Of a DNA stretch of 62,194 nt, positions 62,187 through 62,194 are shown one piece after another. The stretch is from a virus. Lineage: Duplodnaviria; Heunggongvirae; Uroviricota; Caudoviricetes. The stretch's first letter is position 1. Every line of letters begins with the position of its first letter. The notes under the pieces are model-generated. The model had not been told where the DNA came from. It worked only from the letters and a program-made list of their open reading frames with translations, and did no database searches. The position numbers were made by a program, and so were the translations under genes. Where the stretch lies: the IMG/VR virus record IMGVR_UViG_3300000304_000005, positions 64,001-126,194 of that record. One strand, 5' to 3'.

Positions 62187-62194
62187 GGGGGGGG

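Noticed and set aside
1-62194. tRNA, rRNA, integrase, reverse transcriptase or DGR
   Set aside because: None recognised by eye. A tRNAscan-SE and HMM run would be needed to exclude divergent cases.
62187-62194. Terminal run of eight G
   Set aside because: At the very end of the window; likely a sequencing or assembly artefact and not interpretable.

Overview
This is a 62-kb segment of a large tailed dsDNA phage with SPbeta-like gene order, probably from a Gram-positive host (not determinable here). The left arm (1-41.5 kb, minus strand) is the late module: YonO-like single-subunit RNA polymerase, HU-like protein, metallophosphoesterase, terminase, portal, protease/scaffold, capsid, head-tail and tail genes, and a tape measure protein (TMP) of more than 3,100 aa running off the window edge. 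I located seven group I introns to the nucleotide (3 in TMP, 2 in TerL, 2 in the RNA polymerase), with five intron-borne and several free-standing homing endonucleases. The centre (41.7-46.5 kb) has a putative origin and about 3 kb of non-coding DNA with a sharp skew switch and short repeat arrays. The right arm (46.5-62.2 kb, plus strand) is an early region of about 40 small ORFs in promoter-gene-terminator cassettes. The most unusual observations are: (1) five consecutive early ORFs each looped out by a 19-32 bp long-range stem with strand-specific G-U pairs; (2) an early 78-aa ORF that is a free-standing copy (30/57 aa identical) of a TMP domain; (3) about 11 promoters with a tandem TRTGWA-N5-TRTGDA box exactly 53 bp upstream of the -10; (4) 26 same-strand GGAAAAT copies in 3 kb; (5) an intron carrying three ORFs; (6) an apparent 4-nt insertion in terL. 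All alignments and counts were done by eye, and product names rest on recalled motifs and synteny, not database searches.
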